From assembly GCA_951406725.2 (NCBI GenBank), contig OX597826.1, positions 66,154,001-66,218,000 of the forward strand: a stretch of 64,000 bases of DNA. The letters are read 5' to 3'. Shown here piece by piece: positions 39,154 to 52,653 of the stretch (its first letter is position 1; every line of letters begins with the position of its first letter). The notes below the pieces were generated by a model that did no database searches, was not told where the DNA came from, and worked only from the letters and a program-made list of their open reading frames with translations. Source of the stretch: Octopus vulgaris (Eukaryota). A program made the translations under genes and the position numbers.

Positions 39154-40856
39154 GGGTTGCTTAAACCAGAATTTTACCTTTTGCTGTGCTGGTGTTTTGT
39201 AAACGACCTCTGACTGGCTCCCGTGCTGATGACACATAAACAGCATTATCTGAACGTGAACGATGCCAGCGCTGCCTGAATGGCTCCTGTGTCGGTGGCA
39301 CGTAAAAAGCACCCACTACACTCCCAGAGTGGTTGGCGTTAGGAAGGGCATCCAGCTGTAGAAACATTGCCAGGTCAGATTGGAGCCTGGTGCAGCCCCT
39401 GGCTCTTCAGACCTCAGTCAAACCGTCCAACCCATGCCGGCATCGAAAACGGACGTATATGTGACGGGCTTCTTTCAGTTTCCATCTATCAAATCCACTC
39501 ACAAGACTCTGGTCGGTCCAAGGCTATAGTAGAAGACCCTTGTCCAAGGTGTCATGCAGTGGGACTGAACCCAGAACCATGTAGTTGGGAAGCAAACTTC
39601 TTACCACACCTATCTTTACGTTCTGAGTTCAAATTTCGCTGAGGTCGACTTTGCTTTTCATCCTTTTGGGGTCAATAAAATGAGTACCAGTTGAGTACTG
39701 GGGGTCGATGTAATCGACTATCACCCCCCTCCCACCACCACCACCACAAATTTCAGGCCTTGTGCCTATAGTAAAAAAGGATATTAAATGTTAAGCTATT
39801 TTCTTAATCAATTAAAATTTGCCAAGTGATAAATGTTCATACACATACACACATATATACACGCACACATGCGAACACACTCACTCTCTCTCTCACACAC
39901 ACACTGGGGCATATATACGTGGAATTTTTGTCAGTGAACAGGTCGCGGTCTCAAAGCGACGAAAATATTTTGGCAAATTAAATTAAATGTTGAAATGAAT
40001 CTAATGGTTTTTGTGTGTTTCTTAAATGGTTTATAAATACCTTCCACGCTGCAATTGTTTTCATTCCAGCACACGACCTCAGATCAGGTCACTTGCTATG
40101 CAAGTACATCTCCGTAAATATTTTCTTAATTCTGTATGAAAATGTTTGTTTTTTTTCTTCCAAAATGACCAGCAACTGTTTTCATGTCTGTCCAGTTGAA
40201 TGAATGTCATCTGCTCGTTTCAATTTAAACACTGTTCTTATTCTTTTATACTTTTCCTTTTATTAAACTATTTCCCTTGTGTATTGCAATAAATAAGTGA
40301 ATACGAGTAAGAAGATAAACAAAAACAAAAAAAAAAGCAAGTGTTACAATAAACATTCTCTTCCCTCTGCTCAGTACAATAAGCATTTTATTCACTACAA
40401 TCGTCCTGTTGTTTGACACTATGATAAAGTATATCGAATATATGCCTTAGTGTGTATGTGTGTGAGTGAGTGTGTTTGCACGCATGCGTGTACGTATGTG
40501 TGTACGTGTATGAACATTTATCTCTACAATAAATACAGTATTTCAGTTCTTTTGATTAAACAAAACTCAAAACTCTGTGGCTGTGTGCTAAGTAGCTTGC
40601 TTACCAACAACATGGATTCGGGTTCAGTCCCACTGCGTGGCACCTTGGGCAAAGCCTTTTTGTGGATTCACTTGACAGAAACTGAAAGAAGCCCATTGTA
40701 TGGTGTGTGTGTAAAACAGGTATAACATATGGGCTAAATGGGGCCAATTTATATGCTAAAGGGTTAATTGGCAAAATACAAAACAATCCGTAAATATAAC
40801 AGTATGTACAGACATTGATATTTGCTTATTCCTGTTACACTCTACAGGTCCTAATC

Positions 40857-41034
40857 ATGCCTGACAGCCATGATAAATGCCAAGAACTGTTGAAGAAGAT
40901 CCAAGATGAGTGTAAAAGCAAAGGTCTTCCTGATTTTATGAAAAGGGAGTTCACCATGTTGCCAGCAACTACTGAGCAAAACAGTTCAAATATTCCCAAG
41001 ATACGACTGCTGCAATGGAATGTTCTAGCACAAG
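40857..41034 (+). CDS. NOCT: Nocturnin, first coding exon (exon starts 40848)
   Basis: CTACAG acceptor at 40847, ATG 40857, MPDSHDKC...IRLLQWNVLAQ, G|GTAAAT donor (phase 1). Confidence 0.9.
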
Positions 41035-41224
41035 GTAAATAAAAATTCTCTATTAGCTTCTGTCTTATTTTGTTCTTTATTGAAATTACACTTGTGCGCC
41101 ATACTTTTTTTAAAACTTAAATTAACCCTGGATTAGCTTGTAGTTTTGAGATTTCAAAGTTATGATTGCATATTTTTAGAATGACATTGCAGTTAGAATG
41201 ACAAGAGTTAAGTATACTTAAAAT

Positions 41225-42020
41225 TAGATGGCCCGAACACATAAGCAATATGGAGCTATGGCAAAGAACAAATCAAGTTTCGATTAGGGAGCAAATATTT
41301 AAGAAAAAGTGCAAGTGGATTGGTAGCAAAATTAGAAAAGACACACCAAATGTAGTGAAAAGTGCTTTACAGTGGAAACTGGATGGACATAGAAAGAAAG
41401 GTAGGCCTAAGAACTCGTGGCAAAGATCAACACAAAAAAAAATTCAGAAGCTGGCTACCCACATGGTACTTGGTCTCAAGCATTTGTCTCATGAAGAAAG
41501 GCTGAAGACGCTCGACCTTTATTCTCTAGAAAAACGATGACGCCGTGGTGATCTCGTTCTTGCTCACAACATCATAAGCGGAAAGTGTAACCTCTCAAAA
41601 GAGCTGTTCTTCACTCCTGCTCCAGAGTGTCAGCTGCGGGGTCACTCCGAAAAGCTCTATCTGCAACGATTTCATCTCAATCGAAGGAGAGGGGCTTTCT
41701 CCGTCCGGGTTGCGGATCCGTGGAATAAGCTGCTGGATGAGATAGTGAAGATGCCGACGACCGCTTGGTTCAAAGTCCCTCTTGACCAGAAATGGCCTGA
41801 ACTCTTTGCATGAACATTCTCCCTGTACATAACTCCATGTCCCCCTACATGCCCTTGCTTTTTGCTTTTTGAGCCAAAAACTTAACTTAACTTAACTTAA
41901 CTAAAAGGAACTAGAGAAAGGGGGACATTCATGGCAGAGTATAAGTACAGAAGCGAAAAATTATGCGACATGGAATTCAACTATAAGTGACCTATACTCC
42001 GCGTTGGAGGGTAAAGGCAG
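41225..42020 (+). mobile_element. RTE 3' fragment interrupted by a CR1-clade LINE 3' end (~41440-41902)
   Basis: RTE: ELWQRTNQ..WIG..RKKGRPKNSW|KELEK. CR1: LSHEERLKTLDLYSLEKR*RRGDL..LRGHSEKL..FSVRVADPWNKL, with a (CTTAA)n tail. Confidence 0.85.
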
Positions 42021-42767
42021 GAAAAAAACAAAAAAAAGCTTCTGTCTCTCTTTTGTGTGTCTGTTTCATTAGGCTGTAAGGACATCATTGCCAGCTTCTT
42101 TACAATAGTTTGATAATTTTAGGGTGGATGTTATTGTTGTTTAGCCCCAGGTCAAAACCTGACCCAACACCTCTTTGATTGAAAGTGTTCCAGCTATGTT
42201 ATTATTGTCTTCTCCACCCACCCCCAAGACTACTGTATCCTGGTTTTTAGAATAGAAGCATTGTATTCCTGTGTATTGTAAGACATAACCAAAAGGGTCT
42301 CTCTCTCTCTCCTGTACTTTCCTTCTTGTTGCCACAACAGCTAATCTAAACAATATTCTTTTCTATTCTAGGCGCAAGGCCTGAAATTTTGGGGGGAGGG
42401 GGCCAGTCAATTAGATTGACCCTAGTACGCAACTGGTACTTAATTTATTGACCCTGAAAGGATGAAAGGCAAAGTTGACCTTGGCAGAATTTGAACTCAA
42501 AACGTAAAGACAGATAAAATGCCGCTAAGCATTTCACCCAGAGTGCTAACATTTCTGCCAGCCGGCCACCTTACTAATCTAAACAATATCGTTAGCCTGG
42601 TGTACTAACAGAGAGCTTATAAATTATTTTGCCTGGATTAATAATGACTCTGTTTTATGTATATAGATAGACAGACAGGCATATAGAATCAGACAGATAG
42701 CTAAGAAAGATTGAGTTGTTTATACTGTTACATAATTCTGTAATCACGTTATTTTTCTCTCTTTCAG

Positions 42768-43597
42768 CATTGTCAGTAGGAACAGACAATTTCATCTTGT
42801 GTCCTATGAGTGCACTATCTTGGGATACAAGAAAACTTCGCATCCTTGAAGGTATTCTAAACAACAATCCAGATGTTATCTGTTTAGAAGAAGTCGATCA
42901 CTACGACTATTTATCCTCACATTTGACATCTGTTGGGTATTCTGGTATTTTTCAGCCTAAACCAGATTCTCCTTGTCTGTATTTAAGCAACTCTATGGGA
43001 CCTGATGGTTGTGCCTTATTTTACCGAAAAGATTACTTAAAACTGTTGGATTTCCAGAAAATTGGTCTTAAAAGGAAAGATGGGCAGCTGATGAACCAAG
43101 TAGCCATTCACTGCTTGTTGAAGATTATTTCTGGTGCTGAAGAAGGCAAAGACAAATTCTCTGTAATTGTCACTCATCTGAAAGCAAAAGAAGGCTTTGA
43201 GAAACTACGTTATGAAGAGGGTAATTTCATCTTAGAGTATATCCATGAGAACGTCAAATCATGGCCAGTTATTGTCTGTGGAGACTTCAATGCAGATCCC
43301 ATGGAGGAAGTCTACAAATCTTTCTCAAAGAGTGATCTTAAACTGTTTAGTGCCTACACAAAATTGTCAGACGAAGGCAGTGAACCATCATACACAACGT
43401 GGAAAGTGCGTGATTCTCCAACAGGACCAGTAGAAATTTGTCGGACAATTGACTACATATGGTGCAGTCAGAAGTCTTTAGAAATTCTTTCATTGCTCGA
43501 TCTCCCCAAAGACGAAGATGTTGGACAAAACCGTCTGCCTTCACATTCCTACCCATCTGATCATCTTTCTTTAGTTTGTGACTTCCAATTGATCTAA
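42768..43597 (+). CDS. NOCT: Nocturnin (CCR4/EEP family NADP(H) 2'-phosphatase), last coding exon; total 335 aa
   Basis: TTTCAG acceptor; ALS..DNF..CP..AL.W..RK, PDVICLEEVDHY, KPDSPCLY, GPDGCALFY, VTHLKAK, CGDFNADP, EPSYTTWKVR, TIDYIW, RLPSHSYPSDHLSLVCDF. Confidence 0.95.
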
Positions 43598-44390
43598 CAT
43601 CTTCATTGATTCATCATTGCCTTCTTCTTCTTCTCTTCCTTAACATTTCTCCTTCTTCATTGCCTCCTCTTCTGCCTCATCTTCATCATTAATTTGTTTT
43701 CATTTGTTTTTCTATTCCTCATCTTCTTTCCTACTTTTTTCCCCCTTTCTCTTCCTTCTTCATTTCTCTCCTTTATTTTGCCTTCTTCATCTCCTTTTTG
43801 AATCTCACCGTCTCCCATTTCTCCAAATGTGATATACATATATTTTACAAGAAACAAATTCTAACAACACAAAATTACACAGAATTAATTTAAACAATTG
43901 AAATCACTGACACACAAAAAAAATATTAAAGTAACATAAAAAAATATGAAAAAATACTCACCTAAACTCTCCTGTACAGTTTAACACAAACAATTTTATC
44001 AAGTAAATATATACTGTACATTTCTAATCATATTATTCAGAAATTTATAAATTTTAACTTTTGACTCCTATTTTGCTTGTCTATTTTTATTATTTATCTT
44101 AAAATTACCCATCATTCTATTGCAGATGTTTATCTTTTTTTTGACAAGAATTTTGTGTGTTTGTAGTTGCTTGTTTGTTGTTGTTTAAACCCATGCCAGT
44201 TCTGATTCAGCAAACTGTTTATGTTGACACTCGTGGGGTGTGATACCTTGTAAAATTAGATTTGATTTGGTGGAGCCATTTGATATATATATATATAGAT
44301 TAATCAAATAGAAGCACATGTATGAACTGCTAATTTAACGGTAAATGCCACAATAATAGTTATAGATAAAATTTCTTGATATATATATAT

Positions 44391-44649
44391 ATTGGTGAAA
44401 ATGGTAAGATAACAAAAGAAAGAAAGAGACCTCAATATTATGTAAATAGAGGAATTTATCTGTAAAATAATATGTGACAATTATTCAGTAGCCAAGATAA
44501 AACACTGAGTTTCGGATGCCGAGGTGGAAATCCACAACACCATCTCTTCGGCAAGATAACCGAAGAGATGGTGGTGTGGATTTCCACCTCGGCATCCGAA
44601 ACTCAGAGTTTTACCTTGGCTACTGAATAATTGTCACATATTATTTTAC

Positions 44650-44654
<5 letters not shown>
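44391..44654. mobile_element. Inverted pair of Penelope pseudo-LTRs (same family as 23100-23265)
   Basis: 95-bp arms 44457-44551 / 44560-44654 with an 8-nt loop; (TA)n flanks. Confidence 0.85.
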
Positions 44655-44685
<31 letters not shown>

Positions 44686-45685
44686 TCATCATCATCATCA
44701 TCATCGTTTAACGTCCGCTTTCCGCGCTAGCACGGGTTGGACGGTTCGACTGGGTCTGGGAAGCCAGGGGCCGCTCCAGGCTCCAGTCTGAATCTGGCAG
44801 AGTTTCTACGGCTGGATGCCCTTCCTAACGCCAACCACTCCGTGAGTGGATTGGGTGCTTTTTACGTGCCACCTGCACAGGGGCCGGAGGGTCCGGCATC
44901 GTCACGATCGGTTCGATATATATATATATATTTTAAGCACGTGTATTAAATGTTAATTTAAGGGCTAATATGTAACTGTAAATACCTTGCAACTGCTGAG
45001 ATAATTATTAACTGGTAATTGAACGGTAAATGTATATTTTTATATACCTTGGTCCCTGTGTTATCACATTAGAATTAAAAGTCTTATCACATAAAATGAA
45101 ACAATAAAAAGGAAAGAATATTCACTTTTAACATGTAATACCGAACCAGTCTAAAAGATTGCTCCAGGCCTGCATTAGGCTCCATGTACCCTAAGTAATG
45201 CACATGTAAAATTTGAATGAAATTGGTTGGGTAGTTCTCAAGTTTTAGGGATTTACACATACAGACAGACACATAGACACAATCTCAGTTTTATATATAT
45301 ATATCAGGGTATCATGATATCAACCAGACTACCAGATGTTGTGTCAGCTGCTGTGATTGTAACTAGCTTAATGATAACAGAGTTCAGAATTAGATTAGCT
45401 TTAAATAGTATGATTTACTGTTAAAACAGTATTGCAACATCTTTGATGAATACTTGCAAGTCATCTTACTTACTTTAAAGACTACATTTACTTAGTTTAG
45501 ATGGCTTTTGATTAGAAAAGGCAACAAATAAACCACAGAGGTCAGCCAGGCTATGAGTCGGTAATGAGGTATAAATAATGTTGAAGACCTTTTAACGTAA
45601 TTGGCTTTCTCTCTCCATACCATAAAAGGAGATAACTCTAATTTTATTAGGTTTGTCTTCTTTGGTTACAATATATTAACTAGAG

Positions 45686-45903
45686 CAGTGGTTTTCAGCC
45701 CATGGACCCTCTCTGATTCAAATTTTACTCTGCTGGGCTCCCATAGTTAAAAAAAAGTCTCATTATATTTTTGTCATTAAATATTATTAGGAATTGTATT
45801 TAAAAATTGTTGAAACATTTTGTGTACTGCAAAAGCATAAACAATTTATTGTAGGTAAATTTTAACAGCAAAATCTTATGTGGACCCTTGTTGAGAACCA
45901 CTG
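45686..45903. mobile_element. Old hAT/Charlie-type MITE
   Basis: CAGTGGTTTTCA / TGAGAACCACTG; degenerate 8-bp TSD AACTAGAG/AATTAGTG. Related ends at ~49027 and 63953. Confidence 0.65.
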
Positions 45904-48121
45904 AATTAGTGTTACCTGTCACATGACAGTTACGGTTGAAGACCTGCTTTTAGCACTGTAGGTGTTATCAGGTATTGGTATATATATATACACATACATA
46001 CTGTGTTGTGTTGTGACCCCCTTCGGTCATGAATGACCATGGGATTGCACCTAGAAAGTTAGCCTTTGAGGCACAAGTCTGGGCAAAGTTGTTTAAAGAA
46101 GACCAGCAGTCGCCCATGCATACCGGCCTCCCCTCTCCACGCCACCGATGTTATCCAAGGGAAAGGCAAAGGCCGATACAGCTTGGCACCAGTGACGTCG
46201 CAGCTCATTTATTAACATGCAAGTGGCTGAGCACTCCACAGACATGTATACCCTTAACATAGTTCTCGGGGAGATTCAGTGTGACACAGAGGGTGACAAG
46301 GCTGGCCCTTTGAAATACAGGTACAACAGAAACAGGAAGAAAGAGTGAGAGAAAGTTGTGGTGAAAGAGTACAGCAGGGTTCACCACCAGCCCATGCCAG
46401 AGCCTCGTAGAGCTTTAGGTGTTTTCGCTCAATAAACAATCACAATGCTCGGTCTGGGAATCGAAACTGCAATCAGGATTTATTATTCTTTGTAAACCTA
46501 GTATTTATTCTATCAGTCTCGTTTACCAAACTGCTACGTTACGGTTATGTAAACAAACCAACATTGGTTGTCAAGTAATGGTGGGTGAGACAAAGACACA
46601 CACACACACATTCATACAACAGGCTTCTTTCAGTTTCCATCTACCAAATCAACTCACAAAGCTTAGGTCAGCCTGAAGTTATAGCAGAAGACACTTGCCC
46701 AAGGTACCACATGGTGGGACTGAACCCAGAAGAGATATATATATGTGGAGCACAATGGCTCAGTGGTTAGGGCAGCGGACTTGCGGTCATAGGATCGCGG
46801 TTTCGATTCTCAGACCAGGTGTTGTGGGTGTTTATTGAGCGAAAACACCTAAAGCTCCACGAGGCTCCAGCAAGGGGTGGTAGCGATCCCTGCTGTACTC
46901 TTTTGCCACAATTTTCTCTCACTCTTTCTTCTGTTGGCCTGCTCGCTTAGCCAGCGGGGTGGCGTCATTTGAAGACTAAAACAATGTAAAGCGCATTGTG
47001 ACCAGCGATGTGTGGCAACATCTGATAGCCTGGTCGGTCACATGATCACGGCGATATATATATATATATATATACAAAAAAGTAACAAATTTTCAAGGTT
47101 TTTTTTTTTCAAATTTTATATGTAAAATATATTTAAACAAAAAAACAAGAACAATAACAATTATACTTTTTCTTCTTCCATCCTTCTTCTCCAATTTCTT
47201 TCAGCAAGTAAAATAAAAGTTTGTTCTGTATATATAAATCTTTCAAGTTAATAGGATCATTGATATCAGCAGAAGTTAAAGTACCACAGACAACAACACA
47301 CCAAAATACAGTCACCTCAGTTGCAGTTCATTTCGGATATATATACCAAAATAATATATTTATATCCTTGAGGTTTAAAAGGGAGGTGGTGGTGGTGGGC
47401 CCTCATTTTTGGCAAGAAATTGGTGTGTGTATGTGTGAGGAGGGGTTGTGTCGTAAGGAATTTCATACAAGAAAAGTTACCCTTTTTTTTTCTTTGCTTT
47501 TCACTGGAAGAATAATTTAAATAAATTTTCGTTTCTTTGGTAAAAGTAGAGAGTTGTGAGAGTGTGTGTGTGGTTTCACACAGACTCTTGGGAGACCAAC
47601 AAAGATCTGAAGAAAGCCCAAATTTGAGTGAAGGGTAAATATTAAGTGTGAGCACATTTGTGTGTGTGTATGTTTGAGCTGCCTTAAGGTTACACATTCA
47701 AGATATCAGTAAAGATATGTGATGAAAGCTTGTTACTCGAGTGAGAGTGAAGTTTAACTGTCTCTCTAAGCTGTGCGATGCTCGCACTTCTTGGGACATC
47801 AATGAGCAAAGAGACACGAGGAAACCCTGACACTTGAGTGAGAGTGAAACCTATCTGTGTTGTTAGCTGTATGATACACACTCTCACTGGGAATGAAAGA
47901 CCTGAGAAAAGTCACATGCTTAAATAAGAGTGAAGCTTAACTATCTGCTTGCACTTACACTCAAAAGATAACAGAGATAACAATTAATATGAGGTAAGCA
48001 TGACATTTGAGTGGGAGTAAACGTCTGCATATATATATATGTTTAATAGTCACACTCTTGGGAAGTTGGTGAGTGTGAGGAGTGGTTTGTGTCCAGAGGT
48101 TTAACAATGATGGTGACAGTC

Positions 48122-48289
48122 TCATGATATATGCGAAGCAGGGGTTGTGGGCGATGGTGACATCTGGGGAAAGGACGAAGTTACACTGGGGTTCTGGTGG
48201 ATAAGTTCTCTGTGGCAGGAATAGCTGTGAGGGCTGATTTGAATTGGAATATGGTGTATCAGTGTTGGGTCCATCACTTGGAACACAAG
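48122..48289 (-). CDS. Chimeric gene, exon 5 (LVFQVMDPTLIHHIPIQISPHSYSCHREL...stop)
   Basis: TTTACAG acceptor. Aligns to VVF.I.D..HYHVPLLLSPYSYSTYRGS, but YRGS is replaced and ~26 aa are added. TGA at 48122. Confidence 0.85.
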   Translation of the reverse strand, partial: LVFQVMDPTLIHHIPIQISPHSYSCHRELIHQNPSVTSSFPQMSPSPTTPASHIS

Positions 48290-49213
48290 CTGTAAAGTAA
48301 AGAAAAACAATTGATTTATTAATTAATAAACAACAATTAATTATGGCAAAACATTTTCTTTAGCCTGATATAAAATCAACTAACAAGATCTATAGTTAAA
48401 GAAGGGTCTCAAGACAAATATAAATGTTGAGGGCTTATTATCAAACCCTAGGTCTGCCTGGATTGAGCTGAACTATAGTTAGAGTCTACGTTACTCCTTA
48501 GGGGCTCATAGGGCCAGTTTTCTGATTTCCCAGGTGTATGTATTCCTTCCTGGAAGGGGATGCCAGTCTGTCATAGGATTACTCATTCTTACCAGCTGAG
48601 TGGACTGGTGCGATGTGAAATGAAGTGTCTTGCTCAAGAACACAATGGATCACCCAGTCTAGGAATTGAAACAACAATCTTACGATCATGAGTCCCAAAC
48701 CCTAACCACTGGGCTATGTGCCCTATGAGCTGAACTATGATAAACAACAATCCAGCCATGTACATCCAATCTTTTATTCAGGTATAGTGTATGCCTATGA
48801 CTACAACAACCAGTATGTCCTCTGTTTAAGATAGTAGTGTGTGCCTTGAGAGAGATTTGGCTATTATTTCTAGCAGGTCTTGCTATCACTTACAAGTTTC
48901 TTGCATTGGCTGGTAATGTTGGGTGGTAGGCCTGACACATTACTCAATTTAACACCTCCACTAAGACTTGCATGACTAGCAGGAAGGATTGAAGGTAAAA
49001 TTAGAATTTGAACTTAAATGTTAGATCAGTGGTTCTTAACCGAAGTCCACTCAACCCTTAGGGATCCATATGGCCTTTGTGGATCCATATAAGATTTTGT
49101 TGTTAAGGTTTATGTGCAATAAATTAATTAAACTTCTACAATACAGAAAACAATTTTTATACAATTCTTAACAAAAATATTATCAGGAATTATAATTCTA
49201 AAAATATATTCTT

Positions 49214-49551
49214 CTGTCTGAGGAGAGTCATTCTCTTTTAGTGCCTTATTCTATAACACGCTCATTGGTTTGATTTCCACTCATTTATTTATTTATTCTT
49301 AAAATTTCTGTTGCATCTTGCATCTTTTCAATAGTCGTTGACTCTGTCCATTATCCAAGCTGCGTTCTTTTTGTTTGTTTGTGCGCATATGTGTGGGTGT
49401 GTGTGTGTGTATGTGTGAATCAATGACTACTGAAAAGGTTGCAAGACGCAATGGAAATTTTAGGAAAAATAAATAAGTAAATGAATGGAAATTGAACTCG
49501 TGAGTGTATTAAATAACAAGGCACTAAAAAAGAATGACTCTCCCCCAGACA
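49214..49551. mobile_element. Palindromic MITE (~130-bp arms)
   Basis: 49214-49345 is inverted at 49417-49551. Confidence 0.7.
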
Positions 49552-50735
49552 CAATAAAATATGCTTCAACACACAAATTCACATCAAGAATCTTGCAAAC
49601 CAAATCCCAAAACGATCTAAAAATATAATTATAAAAGATGATGGTAATATTACTACAATTCTAAAAATATAATTATAAATCATCATCATCATCATCATCA
49701 TTTAGTGTCCGTTTTCCATGCTAGCATGGGTTGGACGGTTCAACTGGGGTCTGTGAAGCCGGAAGGCTGCATCAGGCCCAGTCAGATCTGGCAGTGTTTC
49801 TACGGCTGGATGCCCTTCCTAACGCCAACCACTCCGTGAGTGTAGTGGGTGCTTTTTACGTGCCACCCGCACAGGTGCCAGACGGAGCTGGCAAACGGCC
49901 ACGAACGGATGGTGCTTAATATATAATATAATTCTAAAAAAATGGTGCTTGGTGACAGGAAGAGCATTCGACTGCAGAAAATCTGCATCAACAAATTCTG
50001 TCCAAGAAGTGGACGATAAAGCAGTGATGATGATGATGATTTCTGACACTACACCATTGTATTGTAATGTTTAATATACTCTGTTTCACTACTTATGGTT
50101 CATCATATGCATGCACACATGGACATCTATGCCCAAAGAATGGAGACCCTAAGGCAGCGAGCTGGCAGAAACGTTAGCACGCCGGGTGAAATGATTAGCG
50201 GTATTTCGTCTGCGTTACGTTGTGAGTTCGAATTCCGCCGAGGTTGACTTTGCCTTTCATCCTTTCGGGGTCGATAAATTAAGTACCGGTTACGCACTGG
50301 GGTCGATGTAATCGACTTAATACCTATGTCTGTCCTTGTTTGTCCCCTCAGTGTTTAGCTCCTTGTGAGTAATAAAGAAATAAGTATTTCATCTGTCTTT
50401 ATGTTCTGAGTTCAAATTCTGCCAAGGTCGACTTTGCCTTTCATCCTTTTCATCATCATCATCATCATCGTTTAGCGTCCGTTTTCCATGCTAGCATGGG
50501 TTGGACGGTTCTACTGGGGTCTGAGAAGCCAGAAGGCTTCATCAGGCCCAGTCAAATCTGGCAGTGTTTCTACGGCTGGATGCCCTTCCTAACGCCAACC
50601 ACTCCGTGGGTTGATAAATTAAGTAGCAGTTATGCACTGGGGTCATTGTAATCGACTTAATCCCTTTGTCCTTGTTTGTCCCCTCTATGTTTAGCCCCTT
50701 GTGGGCAATAAAGAAATAAGAATGGAGACCCTTAC

Positions 50736-50871
50736 CTCAATGTAGGGATAAAAAGCTGACTGGTCTGTGATTTTGAAATAAGACTCTGTATCAAACAGTA
50801 GCTTATACACTGTTGTCTTAACGATTTTTTGTCCAGCAAGGAATGCAACATGACCATCAATGCTACTGGCA
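50736..50871 (-). CDS. Chimeric gene, exon 4 (SASSIDGHV...YKLLFDTESYF...FYPYIE)
   Basis: TTACAG acceptor, 136 nt, GTAAGG donor (phase 0). HIUase YKL.FDT..YF....FYPY.E motif. Confidence 0.88.
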
Positions 50872-52389
50872 CTGTAATTAAAGAAATACAAACATGTCAA
50901 AAAACAACAAGAACAATCACTACCACACTGATCCTTCCTTCTAAAACATGATAAGCCATGTGGTTCCTCAACAAGAAATCTGTTCTGCTTTGGCCCTCTT
51001 CTTTCATACTTCAATCCAGCACTGGATTAACCTTTAAGCAAAATAATCATGTGCTTAGGGAATCAAGGAAAGGAGGGCACCACAGAAATGGTTAATGGTT
51101 TATGGCACAAAAGAAATCACTTTAACCCTTTTGTTACTGTATTTATTTTGAGCTGCTTTGTGTTTCTTTCAATTACTTTAAATATAACAAAGAATTCAGT
51201 AAAATAACTTAGTTGTCATTAAACTAGTGTTAGGAACATAAATTGTGACTAAGGTTTGGTGGAAGATTTTCATTCAAAACTTATAAAAACAAGACATTTG
51301 TACTCAGAGCCAGAGCCGGTTTCAGCCGGGTTGGTAACAAAAACTTGCTAAAATAATATTCCAAGTGGTTTATATGATTGGAAATATAATTTTGAAGTGT
51401 TCATGGTGTCATAGTGAGGATCCGATCAAAGACTTTACAATTAAAAGAAAATTAGAAAACTTGTTAAATATATATAAAGTGGAAGAATACAAAAACGTTA
51501 TATTCAATCTGTTAGTTTTCATTTTGAAAAATAAAAATATATTTTATGGTTTATTATTGTTTATATTCTGAATTACATATATATGGTGGGCACCAAAATC
51601 TTTTAACTGCTCAGGATCTCTGTGGATCTTGATCTGACCCACCTTGAAACACTCCTTTCCTAGTATAAAGCCACCTCTCTTGGGGACCATAGTATTGGAA
51701 GCTGCCTTGTGACCCCTCTAGTGCTTGTGGTATGAAAAACACACCTAATACACACCAAAATGGCTGGTGTTAGGAAGGGGATCCAGGCATAGAAACCATG
51801 CCATAGTAGAAAGTGTAACACACGCAGTTCTTGGACCCATCAGATTCTGTCAGTGTCCAACCCATGCCAGCATAGAACAAGGACGTTAAAAGATTATGAT
51901 GATGATGTAACTTATTGATTTTAAGTGATATTTAAGGAGAGTCTTGTTAGTGAGGGAACAGAGTAGAGATAGAGTTGACAGAAACAACTTGTGTTGTATA
52001 ACAGCCATGTGTTTTTTCTTTTATTCAGGCCCCAACTTCATCTTTTTACCTTCTTCACAGAATGAAGGGTAAAGTAGGAAAAAGTTGAAGTGAGGAAGCA
52101 TAGTCTAAACTATCCCCTTGTAGTTTAGACTATGAGCATCATAATCATCATCATATTATCTTAACCATTGCTATATTTTTTTGCCTATTCTTCATACTTG
52201 TGGATTAAGATGGTTGGCATCTCTTACTGACACAAGTACAATGTCTTCTTTGTGAAAGAGAACAATTTTTTTTTAACCACATCAATTCTGAGCAATTAGG
52301 GAAGAACATGAGGTGATGTTTAGTGTTTATCTATCAGTTTATTTGACTTAATTCAATTCAAAAGCACAGTCTAGACATGTATGGACTAG

Positions 52390-52550
52390 CAAAGACCAGT
52401 TCAGACTAAGCCAGACAAATATGAACCAGTCCAGACTAATCTAAACTGGTATGAATCAGTCCAAACTAAACTAAACCAGAATGGACCAGTCCAAACTAAA
52501 CTAGTTTTGAGTAGATCAAACCAGTATGAACCAGTCAAAACTCAAACTAA
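52390..52550. repeat. Degenerate ~30-bp minisatellite (ACCAGTCCAAACTAAA)
   Basis: About 5 units visible. Confidence 0.7.
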
Positions 52551-52653
52551 ACAAAACAATGAGTATTTTTTTTTTACTTAGAATGTTCAACTCTTTTTTT
52601 GTTTTGTTTTTTTTTTTCAGAAACTGCACTTTAGTGTTAAACAAGTTTCTTAC

